Shown: piece by piece, positions 27,170 through 36,767 of the stretch
Position numbering within the stretch: position 1 is the first letter of the stretch
How the letters are laid out: each line of letters starts with the position of its first letter
NCBI GenBank assembly: GCA_030647775.1
Contig: JAUSJC010000005.1
Span: 3,911 to 67,910 of the forward strand
Length of the DNA stretch: 64,000 bases
Direction of reading: 5' to 3'
DNA from: Candidatus Curtissbacteria bacterium
GTDB lineage: Bacteria; Patescibacteriota; Microgenomatia; Curtissbacterales; GWA2-41-24
Program-made: the position numbers and the translations under genes
The notes under the pieces: generated by a model
What the model was told of the DNA's origin: nothing
Database searches by the model: none
What the model saw: only the letters and a program-made list of their open reading frames with translations

Positions 27170-27247
27170 AGGTTTGTTAGGTCATTAGGTTATTAGGTAA
27201 TTAGGTTCCCAATAGCCTACTAGCCTAAAAGCCCAAAAACCTTGAAG

Positions 27248-27910
27248 TTACTTGGTAACTTCAAGAACTACTACTTCCGTTTCTTCCGGCAGTTTTTCTT
27301 TGGAAACCGAAAGCTTTGGTTGTGCCTCGCTGTTTTCCTTACCCATTGTTGAAAGGAACGCACTAATTGGCGCCAGATCAACTTTGAGTCCGGCAATTTT
27401 GTAATGCATCGGCACAATTATTTTTGGTTCCAGTTGTGAAATAATATCCGGTGCGTCTTTGGCCTCTATTGTGTAAACGCCGCCTGTCGGGATCAGCAAA
27501 ACATCACACAACGAAAGTTGCTCAACCTGCTCCTGCGTCAATTTCTTCTGCCCCAAATCCCCAAGATGCACGATATTGACCTCGTCAATCGTCACCATGT
27601 AGATAGTATTTTTACCCCGCTGGGCCCCTTCCTTATCGTCATGATACGAGGCAACACCAACAACATTAACCCCTAGCTTTTCATATTCACCCGGACCGGA
27701 AATTACAAAAGGGGTTTTACCCTCTTCCGTGCCGCGGACGATACCGGCGTTATTGTGGTCTTCATGGGAGTGGGAAATGCAAACTATATCGGCTTCCAGC
27801 TTTGGCGCCCCAAGTCCTACAAATTCCGGGGTATAAGGGTCAAAGACCAGTGTTGTGTTTTTACCTTTTACTTTAAAACATGACTGACCGTAAAAATAAA
27901 TATCAACCAT
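27248..27910 (-). CDS. MBL-fold metallo-hydrolase (UPF0173-like)
   Basis: HSHEDH metal-binding motif. The ORF track extends to 28246, but a start at the internal Met (MVDIYFYGQSCF) fits the family length and leaves a promoter-bearing spacer. Confidence 0.7.
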   Translation of the reverse strand: MVDIYFYGQSCFKVKGKNTTLVFDPYTPEFVGLGAPKLEADIVCISHSHEDHNNAGIVRGTEEGKTPFVISGPGEYEKLGVNVVGVASYHDDKEGAQRGKNTIYMVTIDEVNIVHLGDLGQKKLTQEQVEQLSLCDVLLIPTGGVYTIEAKDAPDIISQLEPKIIVPMHYKIAGLKVDLAPISAFLSTMGKENSEAQPKLSVSKEKLPEETEVVVLEVTK

Positions 27911-27960
27911 TGGACTTAAGATAATATCACAACCAACATGTACAGTTAAGATACCATTCC

Positions 27961-27986
27961 TCGTTGCAATACTTGACCCTTGATAC
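27961..27986 (+). promoter_or_regulatory. promoter-like direct repeat ATACTTGAC(C/A)...TGATACTTGATA upstream of the secreted-protein gene
   Basis: TTGACC -35-like hexamer; the same 24-nt motif recurs at 13262-13290. Confidence 0.35.
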
Positions 27987-28904
27987 TTGATACGCCTAAA
28001 ATGCCCTTGGATGAAAACGGTAGTCCTTTTTCTCTCTTTAGTCGCCTTTGTCGCAGTTGTCTTTGGCCTTTGGCAGCTCCAGCCAAAACCAATAACCGTC
28101 CTCTCCGAAAAATCCCTAAATCCAACACCGGCCCAGACACCCCAAGACCAAACTCTTGAGCCAAAAGACGGCAGCATCGTCAAAAGTAAAACCGTCACCT
28201 TCAAAGGCAAAATGCTCGCCGGCTCAACTATTTTTATCGTTTCCAATGATTTTCAAACAAGCGCCCAAGCCGACGCAAACGGCGCTTTCCAAAAAGACAT
28301 CACCCTCACGCCCGGCTTAAACCTTATTGATGTTATCTCGATTTCAGCCGATCTTTCCAAAGACACCCGAAAATCGCTAAGTTTATATTTGGCCCAAGAC
28401 GGTTCAAGCGGCGTAGTTGCCGCCGGCAGTGTTAAAACCATTTTTGATAACGTCATAACTTTAACCACCTTAAACAGCCAAGCGAATATTAAGGTTGCTC
28501 CTTCAACCAGCATCACTTTTCCAAAAGATGTGACACCAGATGCCAGCCCTTCCTCATCGGTTGCCGATATCAGGGTCGGCGACTACGCTGTTGCTCTGGG
28601 AAATACCGCAAACACCGGCACGCTCACTGCCCAAAAGCTGACGATTATCCGCGATAATAAACCCCAAAACAACGAAGAGTACATTGCCGTCAAGGTTTTG
28701 ACAGCACCTAAACAAAACATTTTTACAGCCAAATCCGTTAAGGATTCAAAAATTTTGGAATTAACTGTCGACAAAAATACTCAAATTTCAGATTCCGGCA
28801 AAGATACCAAAGTTGATGCGATTACCAAAGACAAAAACGCCGTCATCATCTACCACACTGAAACGGGCAAAAAAGTTGTCGACCTAATCTATCTACTCCC
28901 CTGA
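27987..28904 (+). CDS. secreted protein with signal peptide, hypothetical
   Basis: N-terminal signal peptide MKTVVLFLSLVAFVAVVFG; T/S/K-rich mature region. Confidence 0.5.
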   Translation: MIRLKCPWMKTVVLFLSLVAFVAVVFGLWQLQPKPITVLSEKSLNPTPAQTPQDQTLEPKDGSIVKSKTVTFKGKMLAGSTIFIVSNDFQTSAQADANGAFQKDITLTPGLNLIDVISISADLSKDTRKSLSLYLAQDGSSGVVAAGSVKTIFDNVITLTTLNSQANIKVAPSTSITFPKDVTPDASPSSSVADIRVGDYAVALGNTANTGTLTAQKLTIIRDNKPQNNEEYIAVKVLTAPKQNIFTAKSVKDSKILELTVDKNTQISDSGKDTKVDAITKDKNAVIIYHTETGKKVVDLIYLLP

Positions 28905-29714
28905 TTTGGGGGCAATCCGTACCAATCTCCTGCCTCGGGTTTCTAATATAAACTTCCCTGCTATCACCCGGTCAAGTTCTATCTGCGGCATCAGATATTC
29001 ATAAAATGCAGTTAAATTCCTAGTAGGATTACCGGATAAGTCCTTCATCCACCCAGCACTGAAAACTATAAAAGAAACAGCGATAATACCCTCCCCAGAG
29101 TAATTGCCTTCAATAAGGTTCTCTGGCAAAAACATTGCTCCTATAATATAGGCAGAAGATGTCATACAACGCAGCCATAGACTGCCATAATGCTTGTTCT
29201 CTGTGAACTTCTCTTTAAATATGACTTCACCCAAAACGGTTCTTAAATAAACGTTAAGTTTTTTGGCAAACCTTAAATCGATCGGTTTTTTACTTTCTTT
29301 AGCTACTAAATCTTCCAAAATCATCTCGTCACAAACTTCAACCTTCCACCCTTGCGGCGTAGAAACAACCCTTACCGGCCTTTGCGGCTCGTCTTCTTGC
29401 GGCTTTTCACCCCAGAACAAACTTCTTTTTCTGGTAGCCGAACCGTCCGGGTTAATATCCACCGATCGCGGGTCTCTTTCTTTGGGTACAGATATCAAGA
29501 CGATATTCCCCTGCAAGGCAGCCACCCGGATTATCTCCTCGACTGCCACACGATTAAGCTCCAAATTTCTATAAAAACTTCCCCCGTATAAATTAATAAA
29601 TTTCTGTCCTTCGCCGGGCTCCGTCGAAAACGGCTCAAAACCGTCTGGTTCGCGCCTTGTCTCTTCGGGCAAAGGATTGCCTTGTCGTTCTGCCATAGGC
29701 GCAAATTTTACCAC
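28893..29714 (-). CDS. hypothetical protein
   Basis: ORF track only. Confidence 0.4.
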   Translation of the reverse strand: MVKFAPMAERQGNPLPEETRREPDGFEPFSTEPGEGQKFINLYGGSFYRNLELNRVAVEEIIRVAALQGNIVLISVPKERDPRSVDINPDGSATRKRSLFWGEKPQEDEPQRPVRVVSTPQGWKVEVCDEMILEDLVAKESKKPIDLRFAKKLNVYLRTVLGEVIFKEKFTENKHYGSLWLRCMTSSAYIIGAMFLPENLIEGNYSGEGIIAVSFIVFSAGWMKDLSGNPTRNLTAFYEYLMPQIELDRVIAGKFILETRGRRLVRIAPKSGE

Positions 29715-29756
29715 AAGTAGCCGTCATTATTCCTCTTCTGCTATCATTAAACCAAT

Positions 29757-30692
29757 ATGCAAAAGGCACCGCCGACACCAAAAGGTTTTCGTGATATTTT
29801 GCCCGAAGCCGCCAAAAAGCGCCGGGAGACAATCAATAAAATTGCCGACGTTTTGGAAAGTGAGGGCTTCTCCCCCATCGAAACTCCTACTATTGAGTTT
29901 GCCGAAACGCTAACCGGAAAGTACGGCGAAGAAGAAAAGTTAATTTATAAATTCAAAGATCGCGGAGATCGAGATCTTGCCCTTCGTTATGATTTGACGG
30001 TTCCCCTCGCCCGCTTCATTGCCGCAAATCAAAACCTAATCACCAAAGGCCCCTTCCGCCGCTACCAAATCGGCCAGGTTTTCCGCGGCGAAAACCCCCA
30101 GCACGGCCGCTGGCGCGAATTCACTCAATTCGATTTTGATACCGTCGGCTCCGACAATCCCGAAGAAGACGCGAAAATAATCGCCTGCGCGCAAAAATCA
30201 GTCAAAAGCCTTGGCCTGCCCAACGCGCGAGTGCTTATCAACGACCGCGCCAATTTTGCCCAAACTCCAATTGATGTTATTCGCGCAGTCGACAAGCTTC
30301 ACAAAATCGGTGAAGAAGGCATCAAAGAAGAACTCAAAACCAAAAATATGGCGCTTGACGAAATCGAAGAAAGCCTTTTCAAAATAAAAAACGCTAAACC
30401 CACCAAAAACCTTGAAGAAATTTTTTCCGTGCTAAAAAAGGACTACTCCCTAAAAGAAGGTCAGGACTTTATGTTTGATCCGACACTCGCCCGCGGGCTG
30501 GATTACTACACCGGAGCTATCTTTGAACTAAAACCGAGTAGTAACACCAAGGCACTAACAATCGGTGCCGGCGGCAGATACGATAATTTAATCGGCATGT
30601 TTGTTTACCCCGCAAACGGCGGGGCCGGAAAACCCATCCCCGCGGTTGGCTTTTCTTTCGGCATCGATCGCCTCATCGAAGCCATCACTTAA
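29757..30692 (+). CDS. class II aaRS catalytic-domain-only protein, HisRS-like / HisZ-like (no anticodon-binding domain)
   Basis: HisRS motif 1 (KGFRDILPEA), motif 2 (FRRYQIGQVFRGENPQHGRWREFTQFDFD) and motif 3 (GGRYDNL...GFSFGIDRL) are present; the protein ends ~100 aa short of full HisRS. Confidence 0.7.
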   Translation: MQKAPPTPKGFRDILPEAAKKRRETINKIADVLESEGFSPIETPTIEFAETLTGKYGEEEKLIYKFKDRGDRDLALRYDLTVPLARFIAANQNLITKGPFRRYQIGQVFRGENPQHGRWREFTQFDFDTVGSDNPEEDAKIIACAQKSVKSLGLPNARVLINDRANFAQTPIDVIRAVDKLHKIGEEGIKEELKTKNMALDEIEESLFKIKNAKPTKNLEEIFSVLKKDYSLKEGQDFMFDPTLARGLDYYTGAIFELKPSSNTKALTIGAGGRYDNLIGMFVYPANGGAGKPIPAVGFSFGIDRLIEAIT

Positions 30693-30739
30693 CCTATAAT
30701 TTGAAATTAGTAGCGGGTTTGGGGTAAGATTCTGCAAAT

Positions 30740-31177
30740 ATGAGTGAACGTAATCCGCCAGGCCAAAAATCAATTAAACCATTTTATGATCCCAGCCCTG
30801 AAGCAATAGCCGCCGCCTTAGCGACAGAAAAACTGCTTTCTCTCGACCAACCAGTCACAGTAAATGGAGAAGCCATAGAAGAAGGTTGGGGAGCTATTAT
30901 ACAGGATAATACACAGAATGTTGAAGATGAAGCGATGGTCAATGCCCTAAAATCGCAAATTAGGACTACCTTATCAACTATACTTAGCCCCAGAGAGTTT
31001 GGCATAATCAGTTTAAGGTTTGGCATCGCAGACGGTAATACGCACACCCTTGAGGAAATCGGCAGAATATACAATGTTACCAGAGAAAGAATTAGGCAAA
31101 TCGAAGCAAGAGCTATGAGTAAATTACGTGCTTCAAAAGACCTTCGAGAATGGTATCGAGACTACTGTCAGTTTTAA
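30740..31177 (+). CDS. small protein consisting of an unknown ~80-aa N-terminus fused to a canonical sigma-70 region 4 (4.1-4.2 HTH)
   Basis: LSPREFGIISLRFGIADGNTHTLEEIGRIYNVTRERIRQIEARAMSKLR is near-identical to region 4.2 of primary sigma factors. Confidence 0.6.
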   Translation: MSERNPPGQKSIKPFYDPSPEAIAAALATEKLLSLDQPVTVNGEAIEEGWGAIIQDNTQNVEDEAMVNALKSQIRTTLSTILSPREFGIISLRFGIADGNTHTLEEIGRIYNVTRERIRQIEARAMSKLRASKDLREWYRDYCQF

Positions 31178-31209
31178 TAAATTAAGGCCTTGGCCAAAAT
31201 TATGATACA

Positions 31210-32997
31210 ATGACACTTGAAACACTCCCACTAAGACAATCTGCCGCAGACGCAGAACCGAATCTTAGGCCAATAACGCCCGAAGAAGCCGAAGCAGGAA
31301 TTCTAAGCGATCTATTTCAAACAATAGTAAATGCCAGAATCGCGAGGCAAGTCCTTATGTCCAGAAGACTCTCTCCTTCTTGGGCAAAAACAGACAAGCA
31401 AAGTAGACTGCAAGCTCAACAAGCCATTGAAAGGGGTGAAGAATTTAAAGGGTGGGTAGTTCTGCCTCAACGGGTATCTAACATTTCTATTCCGACCGCG
31501 GCATCTATAGTTGAAGCTGGCTATCAAGCATCACTCGAATTGAAAGGAAGATTAATTGAGTCAAAAGTTTCCAATCTTGCCGAACAATATCCAGAAGGAG
31601 CAGAGGTATTTGAACGAATTTTAAAAGAAGCAGCCGATACAACTGTTACTCGATACAGACCACCAACCGGCATTTCGATCATGGATTTTTTTAATGGAAT
31701 CGCCGACCAAAAAACCGGTCCGGGTTTAGCACAGCTAGAAGAAGACGCACGTCGAAAAGAGGCCGAAGCCCTAGCCCAAGCCCGCAGAAATCAAATCAGC
31801 GAGACATTCAGCAAAAATACCGGCCTTGTACTCCATGCAGTTGAACTCCTTTCCAGCCGTATCACACAATCCGGTCTTGATTTTGAAGACGCCGTCTCAG
31901 AGGGCAATATTGGCCTGTTGCAAGCCATAGAACGCTATAATCCGGAAGAAGGAAATTTTTCTAGCTTCGTCTTCCCTAGGATAAGAGGTGCAATTATTGA
32001 TGCCATTCTCAAATACTCCCCTGTCCCTTCAAGCACACTGAGAAAAGCTACTGTTATTTATAAATTCGAAGAAGAATTCCATACCAAAAACGGTAGGAAT
32101 CCATCCGACGAAGAAATAATTGCAGGAACAGGAATTGCCCCAAAAACTCTTGCACAAACTAGAAAAATAATGGATATCAGTCAACATAGCATCGAAGGAC
32201 AAACAGAGATGTATTCTGATGATGCCTTAGATACAGATCGTGAAATAGAACTTGCCGAAAAAGACGAAACAGTACTCCCCGAAGAAAGATTGCTAGCCCA
32301 AGAAGATCTAAATGAGCAAGCTATGAGACAACGAACCGTACGGTTCATATTAGAAGAATTACCCCCAAGAGAATCACAAATCCTGACTATGTACCATATG
32401 GACAATATGACCACCCCACAAATTGCACCCGTGATCGAAGTTTCGGCAAGCAGACTTGTTCAAATCAAAACAAAAGCCGAAAAAAAATTTGCCGCCATCG
32501 CGAAAAGTCTTGATCTGGATTCCAACCTTCAAAGAATTATGGCCAGGCAAACTATGGCTCTTATGGATTATTTAAGGGATATTGGCCTTAGTTATGCAAC
32601 GTATAGAAATTATGAACTCGGAAAAGGCATCAGGTTCAAACATGTTCCCGGCGAAAGGACAATTTTAGTAAACCCGGTACAGCAGGAAATGATTAAAGTC
32701 AGGTTAATTAAAATAGAAGAAGGGGCAACAGAAATAAAAAGACAAAAAAGAAAGAAGCCAAATACTCGGGCAGTGCCAGAAGGACCCATCACCCTAAGAC
32801 ATTTTTTAAGAGATATCGGAATAAGTTATCCCACTTTCATAAGGCATAATCTTGCAGAAGATCTAAAGTTTGCTCATGCACACGGCGCAAAAACAATTTT
32901 GATAGATTCTGATCAACAAGAAATAATTAGGACTCGCTTAGTCCAAAAAAGAATCAGGCCCAGAAAAAGAAAACCCGATCTTCTGGCCGTGCAATGA
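31210..32997 (+). CDS. sigma-70 family RNA polymerase sigma factor with long N-terminal region and a C-terminal tandem-duplicated ~50-aa domain
   Basis: Region 2 (DFEDAVSEGNIGLLQAIERYNPEEGNFSSFVFPRIRGAIIDAI), region 3 and a divergent region 4 (LPPRESQILTMYHM...) are present. After region 4 two repeats follow: LMDYLRDIGLSYATYRNYELGKGIRFKHVPGERTILVNPVQQEMIKVRL and LRHFLRDIGISYPTFIRHNLAEDLKFAHAHGAKTILIDSDQQEIIRTRL. Confidence 0.75.
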   Translation: MTLETLPLRQSAADAEPNLRPITPEEAEAGILSDLFQTIVNARIARQVLMSRRLSPSWAKTDKQSRLQAQQAIERGEEFKGWVVLPQRVSNISIPTAASIVEAGYQASLELKGRLIESKVSNLAEQYPEGAEVFERILKEAADTTVTRYRPPTGISIMDFFNGIADQKTGPGLAQLEEDARRKEAEALAQARRNQISETFSKNTGLVLHAVELLSSRITQSGLDFEDAVSEGNIGLLQAIERYNPEEGNFSSFVFPRIRGAIIDAILKYSPVPSSTLRKATVIYKFEEEFHTKNGRNPSDEEIIAGTGIAPKTLAQTRKIMDISQHSIEGQTEMYSDDALDTDREIELAEKDETVLPEERLLAQEDLNEQAMRQRTVRFILEELPPRESQILTMYHMDNMTTPQIAPVIEVSASRLVQIKTKAEKKFAAIAKSLDLDSNLQRIMARQTMALMDYLRDIGLSYATYRNYELGKGIRFKHVPGERTILVNPVQQEMIKVRLIKIEEGATEIKRQKRKKPNTRAVPEGPITLRHFLRDIGISYPTFIRHNLAEDLKFAHAHGAKTILIDSDQQEIIRTRLVQKRIRPRKRKPDLLAVQ

Positions 32998-33896
32998 AAA
33001 TAAAACCTGCCTACGTTCTTATCATCACATCAGTCCTAATTTGGGGTGCCACACCTGCAATCATGAAATTGACGCTAGCCCAAATCCCCGTCTTTTCCCT
33101 AGCCTTCTTAAGAATGGCCATCGCGTCTCTCATAATGGCGCCTTTAATTACCAAACAAATTAAATTTAAAAAAGAGGATTTTCTTATGTTTTTTCTCTCC
33201 GCCTTTTTTGGCGTGACGCTTAACTTATCATTTTTCTTCATCGGCTTAAAACTTTCTTTCGCAATCAATGCCGCACTTCTTATCGCCGCTGTTCCAATCT
33301 TCGCGCTCCTTGCAGGCCATATATATTTGAAAGAAAAATTAACCTCTAAGATTATCTTGGCCAGCGTTCTGGCCCTTGCCGGCGTAGTAATAATCATTGG
33401 CCGCCCAACCCCCGGATCAACTCTTACCCATTTTATCGGCAATATTTTGCTTCTCTTGGCTTCCCTTGCAGTCGTTGCCCAAGAACTTGTTGCCAAAAAA
33501 TTATTCAGAAAATATTCGGGCGAAACAGTCGCCTTTCATACAATGGCGATAGGCGCAGCGACGTTTGCTCCCTTGGCACTTTGGGAGTATTTCGCCAATC
33601 CCACTTGGTTCCAGGGCGTTAATCTGGTAGGCGTTTCCGGCTTAATTTATGGAATATTGTTTGCCTCTTTAATTGCATATTGGGCATGGCTTAAAGGCCT
33701 CTCCAAATTACCGCTTGGAGAAGCTTCATTCTTCTTCTATCTAGACCCAATAACCGGAGTCGCACTCGCCGTCGTTCTTTTGGGCGAAAAACTTACACCG
33801 ACTTTAATTTTGGGCGGCATCCTAATTGCAATTGGTGTCTTCCTGGCCGAGCAAAAACGCCGAAACCACCCGCTACTCAAAGACGCGGTTAATTGA
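32994..33896 (+). CDS. EamA/DMT-superfamily transporter
   Basis: Ten TM helices in two EamA repeats. Confidence 0.75.
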   Translation: MKIKPAYVLIITSVLIWGATPAIMKLTLAQIPVFSLAFLRMAIASLIMAPLITKQIKFKKEDFLMFFLSAFFGVTLNLSFFFIGLKLSFAINAALLIAAVPIFALLAGHIYLKEKLTSKIILASVLALAGVVIIIGRPTPGSTLTHFIGNILLLLASLAVVAQELVAKKLFRKYSGETVAFHTMAIGAATFAPLALWEYFANPTWFQGVNLVGVSGLIYGILFASLIAYWAWLKGLSKLPLGEASFFFYLDPITGVALAVVLLGEKLTPTLILGGILIAIGVFLAEQKRRNHPLLKDAVN

Positions 33897-33966
33897 AAAA
33901 GCACCGAATTTTTGCTAGAATATCTTTTCATTGTTATAAACAATTTAACAATGTGACAATTTAATA

Positions 33967-34278
33967 ATGAAACCTAACATTCATCCGCAATATTTTGACG
34001 ATGCCAAGGTTAGTTGCGCCTGCGGCAATTCTTTTGTAACCGGCGCCACCGTCCCGGAAATTCGCGTGGAGGTTTGCAATAAATGCCATCCTTTCTTCAC
34101 CGGCGAGATGAAATATGTCGACACCTTAGGCCGCGTTGAAAAATTCCAGAAAAACCAGGCAAAGGCCAAAGTTATTCGCGAGCAAATTGTCAAAAAGCAG
34201 GAAGAAAGGAAGGAACGACAGCGTCCTTCTTCTCTGCGCGAAATGATCGAGCTTGCCAAAAAACAAGCCGCCTCTTAG
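33967..34278 (+). CDS. rpmE: 50S ribosomal protein L31 with K/E-rich C-terminal extension
   Basis: MKPNIHPQY...CACGNSF...[10 protein letters not shown] is the L31 zinc ribbon. Confidence 0.85.
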   Translation: MKPNIHPQYFDDAKVSCACGNSFVTGATVPEIRVEVCNKCHPFFTGEMKYVDTLGRVEKFQKNQAKAKVIREQIVKKQEERKERQRPSSLREMIELAKKQAAS

Positions 34279-34398
34279 ATCCGCTCCGCGGATCTCAATT
34301 TCCAAATACCAAGCATCAAAATCCAAATAATATTCAATATTTTAAATTTTAAAAACGTCTTGAACTTATAATTTTGTTATTATTGATTTGTTTGTAAT

Positions 34399-35418
34399 TT
34401 GGAATTTGTTATTTGGAGTTTAATTACAATGTCTGATTATCTTAAAACACAAATCGCCGACTTGGACCGAAAAATCGTCGAAGCCGAAAAGCTTTTGGCA
34501 GACCCTGATATGGCTGACCTTGCCCAAGAGGAGCTGGGAAAACTCCGCGAACAAAAATCTCAGCTTGAGTCATCTGTCATTGCAAGCATTGCCCCGCCTG
34601 CCGGACGGGCAGGGAAGCAATCAAATGACGAGATTGCCGCGTCCCCGCCAACATCTAACGAAGTTGTGGCGGGGACTCGCAATGACGGAAACTCAGCAAT
34701 TTTGGAAATCCGCGCCGCCGCCGGCGGTGACGAAGCCGGCCTTTTTGCCGGCGATCTGGCCCGCATGTACACCAGGTTTGCCGCCTCACAAAAATGGAAA
34801 GTCGAAGAACTGGATAAAAACGAAGGCGGCATCGGCAATATTAAAGAAATCATATATAAGCTTACCGGCCACGGCGTTTTTGAAAAACTGAAATATGAAT
34901 CCGGTGTCCACAGGGTCCAGCGGGTTCCCAAAACCGAATCTTCCGGCCGTATCCATACATCAACCGCCACTGTCGCGGTCCTTGCCGAAGTTGCCCCAAC
35001 CCAAGTCGTTATAAACCCCGCCGATATCCAGTTTGAAGCGTTCCGCGCCGGCGGCCACGGAGGTCAAAATGTTAATAAAGTCTCAACCGCTGTCCGCATA
35101 AAACATATCCCAAGCGGCATCATTGTCAAAGCCTCGACCGAAAGAGCCCAAGGCCAAAACCGCGCAATCGCCTTAGAACTACTCCGATCCCGCATTTTCC
35201 AAATGGAGGAAGAAAAACGCCTTTCCCAAATCTCCGGATCGCGCGCGAGCCAGCTTGGTTCGGGCGACAGGAGCGAAAAGATTCGTACTTACAACTTTCC
35301 GCAGGATCGGGTCACAGACCATAGGACAGGCAAATCGTATCACAATATCGAGAGCATTCTCAATGGGAATTTAGAAAAAATAACCGAAGACTTACAAAAT
35401 ATAACCCGGGGAAATTAA
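34399..35418 (+). CDS. prfA: peptide chain release factor 1
   Basis: GGQ motif (AGGHGGQNVN), domain-2 region RVPKTESSGRIHTS and C-terminal GSGDRSEKIRTYNFPQ. The likely start is the internal Met (MSDYLK) at ~34429; a ~35-aa insertion relative to typical RF1 lies at ~34570-34690. Confidence 0.9.
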   Translation: MEFVIWSLITMSDYLKTQIADLDRKIVEAEKLLADPDMADLAQEELGKLREQKSQLESSVIASIAPPAGRAGKQSNDEIAASPPTSNEVVAGTRNDGNSAILEIRAAAGGDEAGLFAGDLARMYTRFAASQKWKVEELDKNEGGIGNIKEIIYKLTGHGVFEKLKYESGVHRVQRVPKTESSGRIHTSTATVAVLAEVAPTQVVINPADIQFEAFRAGGHGGQNVNKVSTAVRIKHIPSGIIVKASTERAQGQNRAIALELLRSRIFQMEEEKRLSQISGSRASQLGSGDRSEKIRTYNFPQDRVTDHRTGKSYHNIESILNGNLEKITEDLQNITRGN

Positions 35419-36767
35419 CCCTCTGCCAGTCTCAAAAATTTTGGTGAAAAGTGCGCCAGAAACCATTCCCCCCGGAAACCGATAAAGGACGCCAGAACAA
35501 TAACAATCCCGGCAGCTGTCATGGCCTGCGTTACACCGAAAATATCGGCCACAGCTCCGGCAATTAAGGAAGGAAACACCACACTTACAGAAGTTAAAAA
35601 AACCCAAGAGGCAAATACGCGTCCGCGATAGGCACTTCGGGTGTGTTTCTGTAAACTGGTCTGGGCAGGAATTATTATCTGCGCCGCCCCAAAACCCATA
35701 ATTAAAGAAAATATCGAAACCCAGAAAGAAACTGTAAATGCCTTGGAAAACGGCCTGATATGACTAACCAGAAATTCCCCGTGCGCCAGGTTTCTACCAA
35801 TAACAGGGGTCAAGGCCATTAAAATTAAGGCCGCACCGCAGATTAGAAGACCGCGCACAACAAGCGTCCTGATTGGAATCTTGTTCCAAAATTTCACTGT
35901 TAAATATGCGCTGAAAAGTGCACCAATCCCCAGCGGCATCAAAATAATTATCGAAGCGTCGGTTGCCTCAATTTTTAAAACCTGTTCCATGAAACCGGGC
36001 GCCAAAGCCGCTACCGTCGAAAATGCCGCCTGCACAAACGAAAGGATCACGATCGAAATCCAAATGCGGTTATCGGAAAAAATAAATCTCAATCCCATAG
36101 CGGCATGCTTCTTGGAAAGCACAATGAGGCCAATAATCCCCTCTTTCCGGTGGTATGCCATATGCGCTTCCGGCGGCAACGCAGGCAGCGCTCTCCTTAC
36201 AAAAAAAGTGGCGAGCATCGCCGCTGATCCAAAAATAAAAATCGGGTTATAGCCGAAATTGGCAACAATTGGCCCTGCCAATGAAGCGCCTATAATTAGG
36301 GCCGCGGTCGGGGTAAATTGGAAAAGGGCGTTTGCCGCAAATAAATCCCCCCTTGGAACAATCGTAGGTAGTGCCGCCGCCTCTGCCGGCATAAAAAACT
36401 GGAAGAAAATGTTTAAAAGAAATGCCACGGCCAGAATCAAAGCGACTTTATCCTGAACCGGTAGAAAAAGAAGCATTGCTATCCCAATCCCGATATCCGT
36501 TGCCAGAAGAATTTTCCGTTTATCAAACCTGTCAGCAACAACGCCGGCAAAGATTCCGAAAATGATAACCGGCAGCATTGTCATTAAAATAAAGGTCGCC
36601 GCAATTATGTTGGAATTCGTTAACCTAAACACCAAAATAATCAAAGAAACATTAAGCATATTGTAGGAAAGCTGCAGAAGAATCTGGTTAATCCATAACG
36701 TCATAAATGGACGATTTTTAAAAACCTTCCTGAAAGAAACCTGGTTTTTTGCCTTTGGTCCTCTCAC
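35415..36767 (-). CDS. MFS transporter
   Basis: Twelve to fourteen TM helices with MFS-type loop motifs. Confidence 0.75.
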   Translation of the reverse strand: MRGPKAKNQVSFRKVFKNRPFMTLWINQILLQLSYNMLNVSLIILVFRLTNSNIIAATFILMTMLPVIIFGIFAGVVADRFDKRKILLATDIGIGIAMLLFLPVQDKVALILAVAFLLNIFFQFFMPAEAAALPTIVPRGDLFAANALFQFTPTAALIIGASLAGPIVANFGYNPIFIFGSAAMLATFFVRRALPALPPEAHMAYHRKEGIIGLIVLSKKHAAMGLRFIFSDNRIWISIVILSFVQAAFSTVAALAPGFMEQVLKIEATDASIIILMPLGIGALFSAYLTVKFWNKIPIRTLVVRGLLICGAALILMALTPVIGRNLAHGEFLVSHIRPFSKAFTVSFWVSIFSLIMGFGAAQIIIPAQTSLQKHTRSAYRGRVFASWVFLTSVSVVFPSLIAGAVADIFGVTQAMTAAGIVIVLASFIGFRGEWFLAHFSPKFLRLAEG

